Shown here: piece after piece, positions 1 to 13,959 of the stretch
Position numbering within the stretch: position 1 is the first letter of the stretch
Layout of the letters: each line of letters starts with the position of its first letter
Origin: Lama guanicoe
Lineage: Eukaryota
Assembly (NCBI GenBank): GCA_013239625.1
Contig: MU053482.1
Coordinates: 3,557,922-3,621,921, forward strand
Reading direction: 5' to 3'
DNA: 64,000 nucleotides
The notes under the pieces: model-generated
Databases searched by the model: none
The model's input: only the letters and a program-made list of their open reading frames with translations
What the model was told of the DNA's origin: nothing
Translations under genes and position numbers: made by a program

Positions 1-1375
1 AGGTACCTGCACTCAAGGAGAACGAGAACAAGTCCAGCTACTAAGCCTCAGGAATGAGAGGGCAGAGTTATCTTTGCTTGCAGGGAGTGGGCTGGGGAGG
101 CTTCATGAGATGGACTGATGTGCTCTGGGGTGTGGGCAGCATCTGGGAACACAGATAAGGGCAGGAGGGACAATGCAGAACATGCAGGCCAGGGAACTCC
201 AAGAGCTAAGGTCCAGACACAGGACATCATGGAGCTTGTATCTAGGTGAAGCTTTACCTTCCAGACAGAATCCTTTGGAGAGGGAAAAGGAAGGGGTGTC
301 ATTGAGAATTATGCTGGGATAATAGACATATACCAGAACTGTCTGGAAAAATCAGAAGAGTACAGGTCACCTACTTATGCAGGAATCAGCAAGTGGTTGG
401 GTTTGTTCATAAGAAGAAAGGGTAAGTTAGGGCTGGGCTATGAAGGACCTCAAATACTAGACTAAGGAATTTGGATTTATTCTGAAGGAATAGGGGAGCC
501 ATCGAATGTCTTAAAATGGCATAATCGGGTTACCTGTGGAGACTAGACTAAAGGGAGTGAGAGCAACAAGGAAAGAGAGGACCAGTGCCTGAACTAGTCC
601 AGTGGAACCAGAAAGAATGGTGAGGACCCAGACACAGAAGCTACCAGGAGCAGGGTGAAGACAGAAGTGAGCAGTGCATGGGCTGAGAAACACATTTGGG
701 AAGGCTGCACAGAACAAGGAAGATTCTTCTCTGCTGATACTCCTTGGATCCCTCAGAGAGACATGTTCAGTGACCATCCCCGGGAAAAAGTCCCCGTAGT
801 CCTGAGCTGAGATCAGCCACTTCCCTAGAGCTCTCTCTCCCTTTGTTATTCCTCCAGCTGGAGCAGCTTCCTGGGTGCTGATGTTGAGTTAGGTGTCCCT
901 TCCCCTGAAGAGCAGAGGTGGGACAGCCCAGTGGCTTGTCTTTCCTTTGTTCTATGAGAACCAGGAATACCCCTGCCATGCAAGCAGTGCAGCAGGACAT
1001 GGGTCCATGGTAACAGCAGCAGAAGTAACATCTAGGTGATTTACAAGTATCACAACAGCCCTTAAATGGCACACATTGTCATCATCCACATCTGGAGAAG
1101 CTTGAGCACAGAGAGCTTGGTAACTGACCAGAGGTCACACAGTGAATCCTGGTAGAGCTGGGATTAGAACTCAGGCAGTCTGACCCACAACCCTGTGCTG
1201 GATCGGGGTGGTGCCAGGTGTGCTTCAGGACTTCAAAGTGGTTGCAAGGGAGCCAGACGTGGGCCTGCACTCCAGCTTTGCCCCTCACTAGTGTTATTAC
1301 CTTTCTGAGACTTCACATCTTCATCCATAAAGATAGTTACTTCACAGGGTTGCTGGGAGGATTCATGAAACAAAC

Positions 1376-1675
1376 TAGCTTTTCCTAAAGCATGTTTTGC
1401 CAAATACTAGTCCCATGGGAAGTGAATAGGTATTTCATGAGGAAAAATAAAAGGTTGAATGGGGTTACTCAAATACATTTGAGAAATATATAGATAACGT
1501 TAAACAGGCTTTTTCATTATAGGACTTCTCAAACCTTTGATTATACCAACGTGTGTTAGAAATCTCCAAGAAAGGAAGCTAGTACACAGCAGCTCCCAAG
1601 TGTATGGGTTCACAGAAACCTTTCCCAGGGAGCATCCTGAGAATTTGGCGGTCCACCAAAAATACTCTGAAAAAA
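1376..1675. mobile_element. hAT-Charlie MER relic (MER103-like)
   Basis: TAAACAGGCTT...GGACTTCTCAAACCTTT...AATCTCCAAG core; decayed, boundaries approximate. Confidence 0.5.
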
Positions 1676-1793
1676 ACAACATGTACATAGGATGTCTGGC
1701 ACAAGAGCCGCCATCAGTAAGTTAACCATCAAGATCTGTGGTTGTCGCTGCTTGCACTGCTGCTCCAGTGACTGCAGGCGGGGCGGAGCTCAC

Positions 1794-1925
1794 CTGGCGG
1801 ACGGCCCCCACCATCTCAGCCCGACTGGAGAGTCGGGCAGCCAGGCGGTGCAGGACAGCAATGTCTTCCAGCAGTTTCTGGTAGGTCTCGCGGTGCTCAC
1901 AGTGGTGCCAGAGTGAAGCTGAGGA
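1794..1925 (-). CDS. IRAG1: IRAG1 coiled-coil exon [44 protein letters not shown], 132 nt
   Basis: cctcag|TCC acceptor, CAG|gtgagc donor; 44 codons; next exon lies outside the window. Confidence 0.97.
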
Positions 1926-2382
1926 CTGAGGAGTGAGAAGGAACATCACCCGGGGTCCTCACAGGCCAAGATTCGACTTGGGCTGTCACAAGACGAGCCC
2001 TGGTCCCATCTTGGCTGAGAAGAGGGGCCTCTGCAGGGCCCAGGCTTCCGCTGTTTCTGGGATTGGAGAAGCCCAATGTGGAGGCTCTCTACCTGGCCGG
2101 CTGGAAGGAAGGGAATCACATCCCAGTCTCTGGTCCCCAGGCCACCCGGCCCCCTCCAGAGAAGCTGCCAAGGACTCGGAGGCCTGACCCACCGCCCTGG
2201 GGTAACCAGGCGTCCCTGCCTCAGCCCCTCCCAGCTCTCAGAGGAAGACTCCGCCTGGCTCAGGGCCTTGGCCTGATTTCTCATTTCAGGAGAAATGACC
2301 AAACTTGCTGACTGAGAAACCCGGCAGGGCCCTGGGGGACAGACCTTCCTGCAAGGATTCCCCAGTCAGGCTCCACAATTAC

Positions 2383-2523
2383 CGTAATGGAAGCTTTGAA
2401 GTTTTCCAGTTCCTTCTCTGTGTTCTCCTCTGTCAGGTTGCGTTCCCTCTCCGCCTGGTTAATTCTAGATTCCAGGGTGTAGCTGTCATTTCTAAAGGCC
2501 AAGGACAGTTGTACAAACACGTT
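2383..2523 (-). CDS. IRAG1: IRAG1 coiled-coil exon [47 protein letters not shown], 141 nt
   Basis: caacag|AAC acceptor, ACG|gtaatt donor; 47 codons, start of the IP3R-binding coiled coil shared with IRAG2/LRMP. Confidence 0.97.
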
Positions 2524-4629
2524 CTGTTGGGAACAAGAGTGTGGGAGAGGTGCTAGGAGGAGTCACTGCAGGCAGCAAGACTGAAGCTGTGTTTCTTGCA
2601 CAAGCGTTTTACTTTAGCTCCTGGAACCAGTCCCCAAAGCAGCCACAGAAAAGTGAAACTTTCCCTTCGTGAAGTAAACTGCACAAAAGATGGTGAAATA
2701 GTAACCTGAGGTCCATGCTAGGCTCTTCCCAGGACGAGAAGACCAAAGGCATTTTACTGAAAAAAATAGTAGGAGAATACCACTGTTTTTCCCTGAATGT
2801 CAAGAAAATAACATCCCGTATTTGGGTTTAGATAAACTCAGGCCAACACAGCTGATTGTGTAAGCAGTTTGGGTTCATGCTAGGATTTATGGCACGTGGG
2901 TTTTTGGAGGTTTCACATGAAACCACTATATTTAAAGAAATCCCACTCGAGATGTAAGCCTGTTGACTCAAAGCAAACTTTAACCAGCATCTTGCTGAAA
3001 TACTCCAAATCCTACAATGAAAGCAGCTTTAGAAGCTGCCAGGACATGAAATAAGGCCAGATATGATTCTTTTTGAACGATATGAAGCTTTCTGGGACAA
3101 ATATTCCATGCCAAAATGCAGCCTGCATGAATGAACTTGGAAAGGTGGCATTGATCAGACATAGGATTCTTGGTCTAATAGGAAACTACTGGGGAGGAGA
3201 AACAGACAGATGGGCTCTACACAGGAAGGAAGCAATGGTCTTCATTTTTACAGCCTTCATTTGCCCTGCTGCATCAAGCGGTAGCAGATTTACACCCTTG
3301 GGATGAACTGACTCTACCTGAGTTCCTGCAGTTCATGTAACATGGCCCATGGTGAGCAGACATCTCCAGGTGGAGAAGTGATGACCCTGAACTGTCCAAT
3401 ACTGATGATGATGGCAACACTGAAAGTGACTCCTTGTGGTGAATCTGCTATACGCCAGCACTGCCCGGAGTTTCACGCACCTTAGGTCATTTAACCCCTC
3501 ATCAACCCTCTGCAATAAAAACTGTTAGATTCACTTTCCAGGTAAAGAGATCAAGACCAGAGAGGTCATTAGCTTGTTCAAGGTGACACAAGGGAGTTGC
3601 AGAGCCAGGATTCAGCCTCATACTATCTCATTCCAAAGCCTGTGCTTCTTTTCACCGTGTGGAGCACTGACCATGTCAGTACACACCTGAGCACAAGAGC
3701 TCACAGTTAATTAACCAAACTGCCCACGATTGTTTTCACCAACGTGGACAGGTGGGGAGTCTGTCCTACCCAAGCCTCCATCAAGTTGATCAATGATGCT
3801 CAATGTTTACTTCTCTATACCTGGGTTATCCCCTTAATGGCAGGGTGACGTAAAGAGCCCCGAATTCAGGCAGAACACTTGGATCCAAATGTTGGTTCAG
3901 CTAAGCACTGGGTCTGGGATCTCAGATAGGTTATTTAATTCCTCAGTTTCCTCCTTTGTCCTGCTTCCTGCTCTACCCGTTTCTCAGAGCTGATGGGAGG
4001 GTCAGCTGAAAGGATGGATAAGTGTGTGTTATGGACTGAAAGTGCTGTGTCTGTGTGCAGGCTGTTACCATCCGTGCCAGACAGTTCACACTGTCCGCCT
4101 CCCTCTGTTTCTGGGGTCCCCTGGGTCTCAGGAAGGGTATGTTCGTTTTCTTGTTATCAAGACTGTAAAACCGTTGAGTTTTGGGAAGGGACTCTGAAGA
4201 GATATCTTCTGAAATCTTTACTATTTAGCAAGCATACAGTAAATACAAGTGGATTTTAAAATTTATCTTGTCCCTCAAAGTTTGGTCTTAGGTTTGTTCT
4301 ATTTGATTCATTTTTTTCTTTTTTTTATTACTTACCTAGAGAGAGATTCGGTGAATGTTTGTCAAGTATACAAATGAATTTAAGTTCATTGAATTCAGTT
4401 GTATTTTAGGAAGGGAAAGGTATAAAATTCAACAAATTGCCTTTACAAGTCATCTCACAAAAATTACATAAAGCACAAGGGAAACTAGTATAAACAAGGG
4501 AAATATGAAGGGAAATGCTCCTCTACCTCCACATCTCCAGTTTCCTCCTAAATCAAGGTGGCCTCTTGGTCTCATTAGACTAAGGAAGGTGCTCTCAGTA
4601 TCACCCCTTTATTGACTCCTAGTTTCCAG

Positions 4630-4910
4630 GTGTGTTCCAGTAGGATATATGCTATAAGAAGGGTTTTATTATAGGAATTGGCTCACAGGATTATGGGAGA
4701 GGAGAAGTCCCATGATTGCCATCTGCAATCTGGAGAACTAGGAAAGCTGGTGGTAAAATTGAGTCCAAGTCCAAAGAGCAGTGACGTCAGAGGGCAGAAG
4801 AAGATGGAAGTCTCGGCTCATGCAGAGACAATTTGCCCTTCCTCTGCCGTTTTGCTCTATTTGGGACCTCAGTGGACTGGATGATGCCCACCTACATTGG
4901 TGAGGGTGAT
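4630..4910. mobile_element. ERVL LTR fragment (MLT2-like)
   Basis: GGAATTGGCTCACAGGATTATGG...GAAGTCCCATGATTGCCATCTGCAA...GGATGATGCCCACCTACATTGGTGAGGG resembles recalled MLT2 consensus. Confidence 0.7.
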
Positions 4911-5689
4911 TAAAAAAAAAAAAAGACTGTAAAACCTACCATCCTCCCAACCTGGACTGAAGAGATTCTGGAATTGGATCTGGAATGTTCTTGGTCCCTT
5001 CCTTCTGTCAACACCAACATAATTGTCATGGCAACAAACCACTGCTGTTGTTGGGAGCCCTTACTGTCTCACCTGGGATGCATTCTCTTTGGCCATCTAT
5101 TCCTTCACCAAAATGAAATGCAGACAAATTCCTCTCGGCTCACTCACCACCCTCATGCGGACAGCATCTCTACAGAGATGAGGGGGCCCCACGGGGAGTA
5201 GACTGGAAGCGAGGTGTCAGGGAAGGCGGGAGCGCTGACTGCACAGCCTCCCACCTTGGCTGGGCTGGCTTCCTTATGTTTGAAAAGCTCAGAAGGAAAG
5301 TGCCTTCTTCTTCCAAAGTTTGTAACTCAAAATCTGACCATCTTTTAATAATTTTGAAATAAATTTGATTCAGTTCTGCAGCCTCCCAGCTGATATTGGA
5401 TACCTGAGTCATACTTTTAAAGAACATAAACAATCCTCAAAGAAATGTGGAATTTCCAACTACCTTCTCGTCTCTGACCAAATTTGTCAAAATCTTCCAT
5501 TAACTTGAATGGGGGTGGGAGGGCTCTCAGTGGTTCAATAGGGCTGATCATGGCATCCACATTATCCCATGGTTACTCATTATCATTTTTGAGTAAAAAT
5601 GTCAGGAGCTGAGACTGCAGAAGGGAATGTTTTGAATAAACCCGCTCAAGCCCTGGCCCTCAGTTTCATAAAGAATTGGAGTTACTTAC

Positions 5690-5720
5690 CTCAACTTCCT
5701 TTTCAGTGAGTGGCGGGGCA
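5690..5720 (-). CDS. IRAG1: IRAG1 31-nt microexon (S)APPLTEKEVE
   Basis: tcacag|T acceptor, GAG|gtaagt donor; phase 2 to 0. Confidence 0.95.
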
Positions 5721-7785
5721 CTGTGAAAAAGAAAAGACATGCAAATGAACTCTATCCACTCAATGAAATAAAGCAAAAGACACCTTTGAACAACCAAGCG
5801 ACCAGGTGTTTCCAGGTATGTCACAAGCAGGGTTGGTGAGCTGGGAAAGAGGCAGGGTACACTTTGTGTGAGCTCTGTAACCCATAAGAAATTATTCACC
5901 CAGATAGTGAATCCAACAGAGCAAGTGTGGTGCAAAATATTAGATCCTGGGGTCAGAGCTCCACCACTGCCTGTAGTATCTGTGACTTTGGACAAGTTAT
6001 TTAAATTCTCTAAGTTTGCTCATCTATAAAATGGGAATAATATATACCTTGCAGGAGTCTTATAAGGAATATATGTACGTATGCACATATAAATGTAGGA
6101 GATGTTGGTGATTATCATGACTAACTCACAGGTGTGCTGTGAGGACTTAATAAGAGAATGGAGGAGCTGTGTACTTTATAAATTGTATACATCTGAACAG
6201 CCATTATAGTTTTTCTGGGGCTACCCATATCTGCAAAGCCTGACCCTCTTCCTGCCTCTGAGGATTGTGCATGTGAGTCAGACAATAAACGGTAGGAATG
6301 AGCGGCCAGAGCTCTTCTCCCCATGGAGAGCCTCCTCCGATGGCTGGAGCCAGAGATCAGGCAAGAAAGTCCCAGCAGGCGCAGAGGGTGTGGTTCCCAC
6401 AGCAAGCATCTTCCACTCTGCACGCTCACTCTGTTGATGCTGCTGCTGCCGTTCCGGCCGGTGACTAAAGCTAGCCTCGTTCTGAAACCCAGACAACGTA
6501 AATAATGCCTGGGCCCTTTCCTGTGCTGGGGTGGGAGGACCGGGAGGAGTCCGACCGGCGTCACAGGACTTGGCAACAGATCGTGCCATCGATAAGATCC
6601 TCAGGAAACACAGCTTCCTCCCTCTCACGGGTGTGGAGGGACCCTGAGAGCAAAGGTAGGGGTCAGCTGTCTCTGCAAGGGACTGGTTCTCACCCCTGAT
6701 GAGGAACTATGAGAACCTTCCTGTCAGGATGAGGCAAAGAGACCCCACGGCCATCAAGTCAGCAGAGCACAGAGCACAGGATAAACAAGTGCAAAGATGT
6801 TTGACGCTTACAATTCTTGTCACAACCCCACCTGTCAACTCCTTTCCTCTGTGGGCCAGCCCACAGAATCTTAACTGTCATACAGAACATGCACATCTTG
6901 CTTCAATGATTTATCAAAACTCCCTGAGCTTGCCTTTGACCCCTGGCTTTGTTTGGATAGTATGTGAAATTTATATATTATTAACCAAAGTTATTTTTCT
7001 GTTTTGATGACTTTCTGCTTTTTGGCTGTAGAACACACTGTTTAAAAATATCAAGGCCCTTGAGGACTCAAGTAGGTGTGGTTTAGGTAAAGAAGCCATG
7101 TGACATGGCCAGCTCCTGAAGCAGAGAGCTATGTCTTATGGACTGGCCCAGACAGGTAAAGGGCAGAGCTGTGGCCCTCCCAAAAGATGGAGGCCTAGCA
7201 GGTGATGTACAAGGAGACCACTCTGGATGTCACTATGTACCTCAGAATTCAAACTGCCTTAATAAGCGAGGCCTCTACTGGACTCTCCTCCCACTCTTCA
7301 GCTACGTTGGCCATTCTGTTCTTTAAACACACCTCACTGTGGCCCCAGGGCCTTTGCATTTACCGTTCTTTCCCCTTTTTTTCACTCTCTTTTGTAACTG
7401 CTTTATTGAAATATAATTCACTTACCATAAAATTTACCCTTTTATATTTGCAATTCAGTAGTTTTTAGTATATTCACAGAATTATACAACCATCATTATG
7501 GTCAATCTTAAAACTTTTTAATCATCTCCAAAAGGAACCCTGTACCAATTAGCAGTCACTCCCCCAACCCCTATCCCAAGCCCTAGGCAACCACTAATTT
7601 ACTTTTGTCTCTACGCATTTTCCTATTCTGGATATTTCATATAAATGAAACTGTACAACATTTGATCTTCTGCAGCTGACTCTTTTCACTTAGCATAATG
7701 TTTTCAAGGTTTATACATGTAGTAGCATATATAAATACTTCATTTTTATTGCTGAACAGTATTCCACTCTATGGGTATATCACAT

Positions 7786-7851
7786 TCTATTTATCTACTC
7801 ATCAATTGATGGACATTCGTCTATTTATCTACTCATCAATTGATGGACATT
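7786..7851. repeat. Perfect 32-bp direct repeat (period 34) in the old L1
   Basis: TCTATTTATCTACTCATCAATTGATGGACATT at 7786-7817 and 7820-7851. Confidence 0.95.
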
Positions 7852-8332
7852 TGGTTTGTTACCACTTTTTAGATATTATGAAAAATGCTGTTACAGGACA
7901 TTCGTGTACAAGTTTTTGTGTGGACATATATTTTCATGTCTCTTTGTTATATACACCTAGGAGCGGAATTGCTGGGCCATATGATAACTATATGTTTAAC
8001 TTTTTGATGAACTGCCAAACTGTTATTCCAAAGTGGCTGCACCATTTTACTGAGAATTCTAATTCCTCCACATCCTCACCAACACTTATTATTGTCCACC
8101 TTTTTTATCATAATCATTCTAGGGATTTAAAATGATACCTCATTTTAATCATTTATGATATATGATATGTCATTTAATGAATTTATCATTTATTATTTAT
8201 GATATATCATTTGAATTTGTACTTCCCTAATGACTAATGATGTTGAGCATCCTTTCATGTGCTTATTAACCCCTTATATATATTTGAAGGAAGGTCAGTT
8301 TAAATCCTTTGCCCATTAAAAAAATTAGTTGT

Positions 8333-8775
8333 TAATTATACTCAGCCAAAAAACAGAATGAAATTTTGCCAGTTGCAACAATATGGATGAATTTGGAGGG
8401 TATTATGTTAAGTGAAATAAGTCAGAGAAAGACAAACACTGTATGGTATCACTTATATGTGGAATCTAAAAAAAATAGCAAACTAGTGAATATAACAAAA
8501 AGACGCAGACTCACAGATACAGAGAATAAACTAGTGGTTACCAGTGAGGAGAGGGAAGCAGGGAGGGGTAATATAGGGGTAGGGGGAAAAGAGGTACAAA
8601 CTATTATGTATAAAGTAAGCTACAAAGATACATTTTACAACACAGGGAATATAGTCAGTATTTCATAATAACTATAAATGGAGTATAACCTTTAACAATT
8701 GTGAATCACTATATTGTACACCTGAAACTTGTATAATATTGTACATCAACTACACTTCAATTAAAAATAAAAAAT
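8333..8775 (+). mobile_element. 5'-truncated L1 (about 440 bp) inserted into an older antisense L1
   Basis: ORF2 C-terminal WMNLEGIMLSEISQ, 3'UTR, A-rich tail; 14-bp TSD AAAAAATTAGTTGT at 8319-8332 and 8776-8789. Confidence 0.9.
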
Positions 8776-11416
8776 AAAAAATTAGTTGTATTTTTATCAA
8801 ATTATAAGTTCTTTATATATTCTAGAAACAAGTCCCTTATTATAAACATGATTTGCAAACATTTCCTCTCATTTTGTGGGTGGTCTTCACTTTCTTGATG
8901 GCATTGTTTGTATCACAATGTTTTAATTTTGATGAAATACTATTTATTCATCTACTGTTTTCTCTTGGTGCTTGGGCTTTTGGTGTCATATTTAAGAAAC
9001 CATGGACTAGCTGGAGGTCACAAAGATTTGCTCCTATGTTTTCTTCTAACAGTTTTATAGTGTTGGCTTTTACATTTAGGCCTATCATCCATTTCAAGTT
9101 AATTTCTGTGAATTGTGTGAGGCAGTATTCCATGTTTACTCTTTCGCACGTGGCTATCTAATCATCTAAGCACCATCTGCTGAAATAGCTGCACTTTTTG
9201 TCTGGAAATCTCTTCACTGAAGTCTTTGCAAGAATGGCTTCTTTCTGTCATTTGCATGTCTCAGATTAATTACGACTTTATCATGGAGGCTTTCCTTGAC
9301 CCCCTACCCAGTGTTCTGTTTCCGTGCCATTCTCTGCATGTGCCTATTTGGTGGTCTTCCTAGCAGCTTAGCCATCTGAAATCATTCATTTGGTTACCTG
9401 AAAATTATTTGTCTCCCCACCTGGAATGTAAGTGCCATGGAACAGGGAAGGCGTCTGCTTGTTTTCCACTCTGGCACATAATAGATACTTAATGAATATC
9501 TGTTGATTAAATGCCTGCTTATTGTTTCTGTTGGTATTTGACCCTGGGGCTACCTCATCCAATTACATCTCCTCTTTGCAATCCTGTTAACCAACCACTG
9601 ACCACCTCCCTAATTTGGGTTCCAGACCTAGTTTTTCTACAACCCATCCAGCTTGCTGATCCTATGAGTTCCTTCTCGGTATGGTCTAATCTCAATTCAC
9701 ATATTCCACATAGAACACGAAACCAACTCCATCATATTAAATTCAAGTATAATATTCAAGTATAATAATATTATACTTTAAAATTACTCAAGTATACTAT
9801 TCCCATATTTCTGCTGGGGGAAGGAATCTTGAAACTCTGGCTTCCTTTTATTGGACAGCATCTTAGGGTACAGTTTGTCCATCTATCCCAAGCCCAAAAC
9901 TAGGGCTAGAGAGTTCTGGGCCCAAAGAACGGCCCAAGTTGGAAACTGCCTCTATTAAGGCCAGGAGCAAGGAGGTTGGGGACAGGCAACAGGCTCTTGA
10001 CACAATGCATGAGAGCCACTGATCTCAAACTGAGAGCCAAGACCACATCCCTTAGAAGCAGATCTTATTTATGCAGGCCCAGTATGGCCTCATGGTTGGA
10101 AACTAGTATCTTCTCAAGTTCACTTACTTGAGAAGACAGAACTGCTCAGTCTCCCTCTCCTGGGGAAGCTGGCAGAATTTAGTCAGCTAGAAGTATGCCC
10201 TAGTCGTACTAAGTATCTTCAGCTTTGAGGAAAAAGAAGCCAATCACACTCGACCAGCCTTGCTCCTTGCAGATGGAAATGGACCGATGGATGTCTGGGT
10301 ACTTGTGATAGGCCCCTGGTACAGGTGGAAAGGCATTAGGTCTGGAACCAGTGACTCTGTCACTTACTAGCATGTTGCTTTGTCTCCCTGTTCCCTGGCT
10401 GAGGATAAAATAAAACCTGCCTTTTCTGCCTCACTGGGTTGTCGCAGACACTAAAAGACACACAGCTCTGTAACCTGCAGTGGTTTCCTGCCTCTGGACA
10501 CGCACTGCCTGCCTCCCACGAGGTGAACCAGCCTGACCCCCCCGCCCTCCTCCAGCTGTGGATGCAGCCCGCTTCTGACTTATTTCTAGCACTTTTCCTA
10601 GAAAAGTGCTTTAGTCGCTAAGTTCCTGAGTACTGCCCTGGTCACTCTATGCTTTAGGTGATTACAGTGTAGAATTTGAACATAACACAGCCCCTGGCAA
10701 AACTTGTCTTCCTCTCAAAGGGAATTCTTATGTCTGCTTGCTCTTAAAGGTCTTTTCCTCCAAACAGTTGCTGAGCTAGGCGGAAGGCCTCACATGCAGG
10801 TGCTCGCCCAATCCCTGCTGCTTGGTGGTGCCCTCTCTTCTCTCCTTTATACTCCAAACACTTTCAGTTCAACAATTTCAATTATCAAGGGCTGTCATGT
10901 GCTGACAGGGTCCCAGGTCCCTGCTCACATGCTGTCTTGTTAGCTAGGGCAGCTCCCTACCCACAACAGAGCACTTCCGGCACCCGTGGTATAGGTGAGG
11001 AGGCCGAGGTTCAGGAAGCAAAGCCACTTTCCTCCCGTGTGTGGAAGAGCCTGCCAGGTTTTCCAAGCATCCTGCCTCATGTGTTTCCAAATGTTCTACA
11101 TCTCTATCTAAGCAGATATCTCACTTAGAATCTCCCAGTTGTAGGTAAACGGTGACGTGAGGTTGAAACCATTTCTCCTGGCCCAACACCCACCACCCTC
11201 TGCTGCCATGAGCCTCTGGGACCCTCATGCCCACCTACGAACCCCACCTGCTCTTTGAGTTGGAACCACCTCCCCTGGCTCTTTATTATTCTTTTTGTTT
11301 TGGGTGCATCAGCCTTGTCTGGACTATTGGTCTTTGACCCTACTGGGGTCAAACACCAAGTCTGGTACTCCTGTGTTCAGAATCGAACACAGGGGCCACT
11401 CATGCCCTGATTTTAC

Positions 11417-11540
11417 CTTCCAGGGAGAGACTTGTGGACCCGCAGTTTGCGCAGCAGCACGTCAGAAATATTGGGCATGACATCCAAGCCGCTCTTGGAC
11501 TCTTCTTCCTCAGTAGCTGGGGAGAGTTCAGAAGGGGGCC
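11417..11540 (-). CDS. IRAG1: IRAG1 exon (G)[40 protein letters not shown](S), 124 nt
   Basis: tttcag|GG acceptor, AAG|gtaaaa donor; phase 1 to 2. Confidence 0.96.
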
Positions 11541-13693
11541 CTGAAAAAATAAAGTGTTTAACTTATAAAATGTTTGTTTGAAATCACAGTTGTACTCTTG
11601 GCAATGTGCTTCAGTAGTAAGGAAGAGCTTTAATAATTATTAGAACCTAGTTATATGTCAGGGGCTTTATAATTGTTATTTTATCCTCACAATGACCCAA
11701 TGAGCTAGAACTTGATCATCCCATTTTACAGGTGGGTAAACCAAGACTCAGCAAGGTTACCACTTGCTTAAGGTCACAGAACTAGTAAATGGCATAATCA
11801 GACTTCAGTTCTATTTGCTCCAAATTCTATGGTCTTCCTATCACTCTCCATAGTATCTACCAGGCCCCTGTGTCTGGGGTCTGAGATTTTTACAGTTACC
11901 CATGATTCACCATCTTTCATGGGTTTTGACCCATGAGCACATTTCCAGAATTATAGTCCAGGCCAGAGATCAGGACTATGACCAAGGCTGTGGTAGCCAT
12001 TTAAATGGAGCTAAGATTGGGAGTCATGAGTTAGAATTAGAAACCTCACCAGGGGAGCCCATGCAGAGAGAGGAGGAGGTATAGTTTGGCTCAAGGTAAA
12101 GAATGTTTAAATACTTTGAGCTTTCCAATTACAGAACGGCCCTCATGAGTTTCCTAGTACTCAAGGCATCCTGCAAAGTCTGGAGGGCCACCTGTGAGAT
12201 GGGGCAGTCAGTGATCCTTCTTTGGATATGAGGTTGGATTGATGTTCTTTTGGCTACCTGCCACCTCCTGGGTTCTGTCCTGGCACTTACTGCTCTCTCA
12301 CACTTCCACATGACAGACGGCAAACCTTGTGGCCTCACTCTACCTTTATGCACCCCCACTGCACCCAGCAGAGAGATAGTGAAGCAGTGGGCTCCTGAGG
12401 AATCTATATGATTGACTGAACCACACGAGGTCTAATAATCACTGGAAAGTCATAGGAGGGGCTTGTGCCTAGAAAAGTCCCCTAGGTTGAACCCCACCTC
12501 CCAAAAAGGGAACTAGTTAGGGCTTCCAGCCCTGCTAAAACTGCTGTCTTAAGAGTGATCCCAGAACTAGTGGATCTCAGAACCGGCCACCCTCCTCCTG
12601 AACTCAACCCGATTAACAGCAACAGCAGCAACAACAACAAGTTTTTAAACCATCCAAAAATATACTGGCTTTTCTCTTGTACGGGAAAAGACAATAATCT
12701 TTAAAAGTAGTGGCCAGAGAAAGACAGAACTTCCTAGGAATAAATGTTGAGCTCCCACCTGTGATCACCCCACTTATTCCCTCAAAGGATCAGTACTTAG
12801 AGGAAGATGTCAGAGGAAAAGTTGGGACACATGTTTGTAGTCACTTTTTTGACTACAGAGCCAGAAAAGAACTGGACCGACAGGTGCGCAGGCAGCCTGC
12901 GGAGGCGGTTCAGAAAGTTTCTCTAGAGTAGGAAGACCTCCGTTCCACCGTGACAATACTCCAAGACAAACGCTGCCTGTGCTGCTGTTTGCTTTTTGCC
13001 CTGAGGAGGAGCGGAGAGGAAGGGCAGAGTAATAGCCTGGTACTCTACCAGAGCTGATTATCTCTGATTTATAGAGGGATTTACCAGAAGGGGAGATGAA
13101 AGAGAAAATAAATAAGACAAGGCCCTTTGATGGAATGAGTGGCAAGAGACATATGGAAAGCCCCAAATGACACTGCCATCCCATCTCTACCCGTGCTTCT
13201 GAAAAAGTGCAGAGTGGCCAACTCCTTGAATTTGTCTATCTTTTCCTTCCTCTATCTGGCAGGAGAATAGGAGTGGCTGCTAGGAATAGTTGAATCAAGT
13301 CTGGAAAATAAATACCCCAGCAGGTTGCCCCTATAATTCTACCCTGAATTGGTGAAATAATCCATGCCCCACTACTGCGCACCCACAGAATAAGATATGC
13401 CCCCACTTTGCTGTAATAAATTCAAGTGTGAGACTATGAACAAAGTTATAGAAAAGGAGCAGAAACCAATCCCACAACCACCGCTACCCACAGCTCCACC
13501 TCAACTTCCCCTTTTCCCCACCACCCAAGCAGTAACAAAGCAGACACAGATACCCAGTCCTCGACTAAGCACTGCCAAGAGGGCAGAGATCTTAGTTAAG
13601 GTAGGAAAAAGTCAATGAGAATTGACCTACACAATGTATATAGGTCAAGAGAAAAATCCAGGTAGAAATAGTCATACCAAAAAGGAATTAAAT

Positions 13694-13862
13694 TGTATAG
13701 CACAGGGAAATAAATACAAGATCTTGTGGTAGTTCACAGTGAAAAAAAAAAAGTGACAATGAATATATGTATGTTCATGTATAACTGAAAAATTGTGCCC
13801 TACACTGGAATTTGACACAACACTGTAAAATGACTATAACTCAATAAAAAAATGTTTAAAAA
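13694..13862 (+). mobile_element. 5'-truncated L1 3'-end fragment with TSD
   Basis: L1 tail (TGTATAGCACAGGGAA...TGACTATAACTCAATAAAAAA); TSD AAAGGAATTAAAT 13681-13693 vs AAAGAAATTAAAT 13863-13875 (12/13). Confidence 0.85.
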
Positions 13863-13959
13863 AAAGAAATTAAATGAAAACAAATGGCCTGGCAACTACA
13901 CTAAAATTGTGTAGTCAAAAGAGGAAGGAAAGAGGGGAGGAAGGTATAATGGAAAGAAG

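Larger units (their letters stand above)
7375..9185 (-). mobile_element. Old L1M (L1MB-like) 3' portion, interrupted by the younger L1
   Basis: T-rich tail, L1MB-type 3'UTR, ORF2 remnant INLKWMIGLNVKANTIKLLEENIG; boundaries approximate. Confidence 0.8.

Noticed and set aside
7786..7851. CRISPR-like 32-bp direct repeats
   Set aside because: Only two copies with a 2-bp spacer inside a mammalian L1; simple tandem duplication
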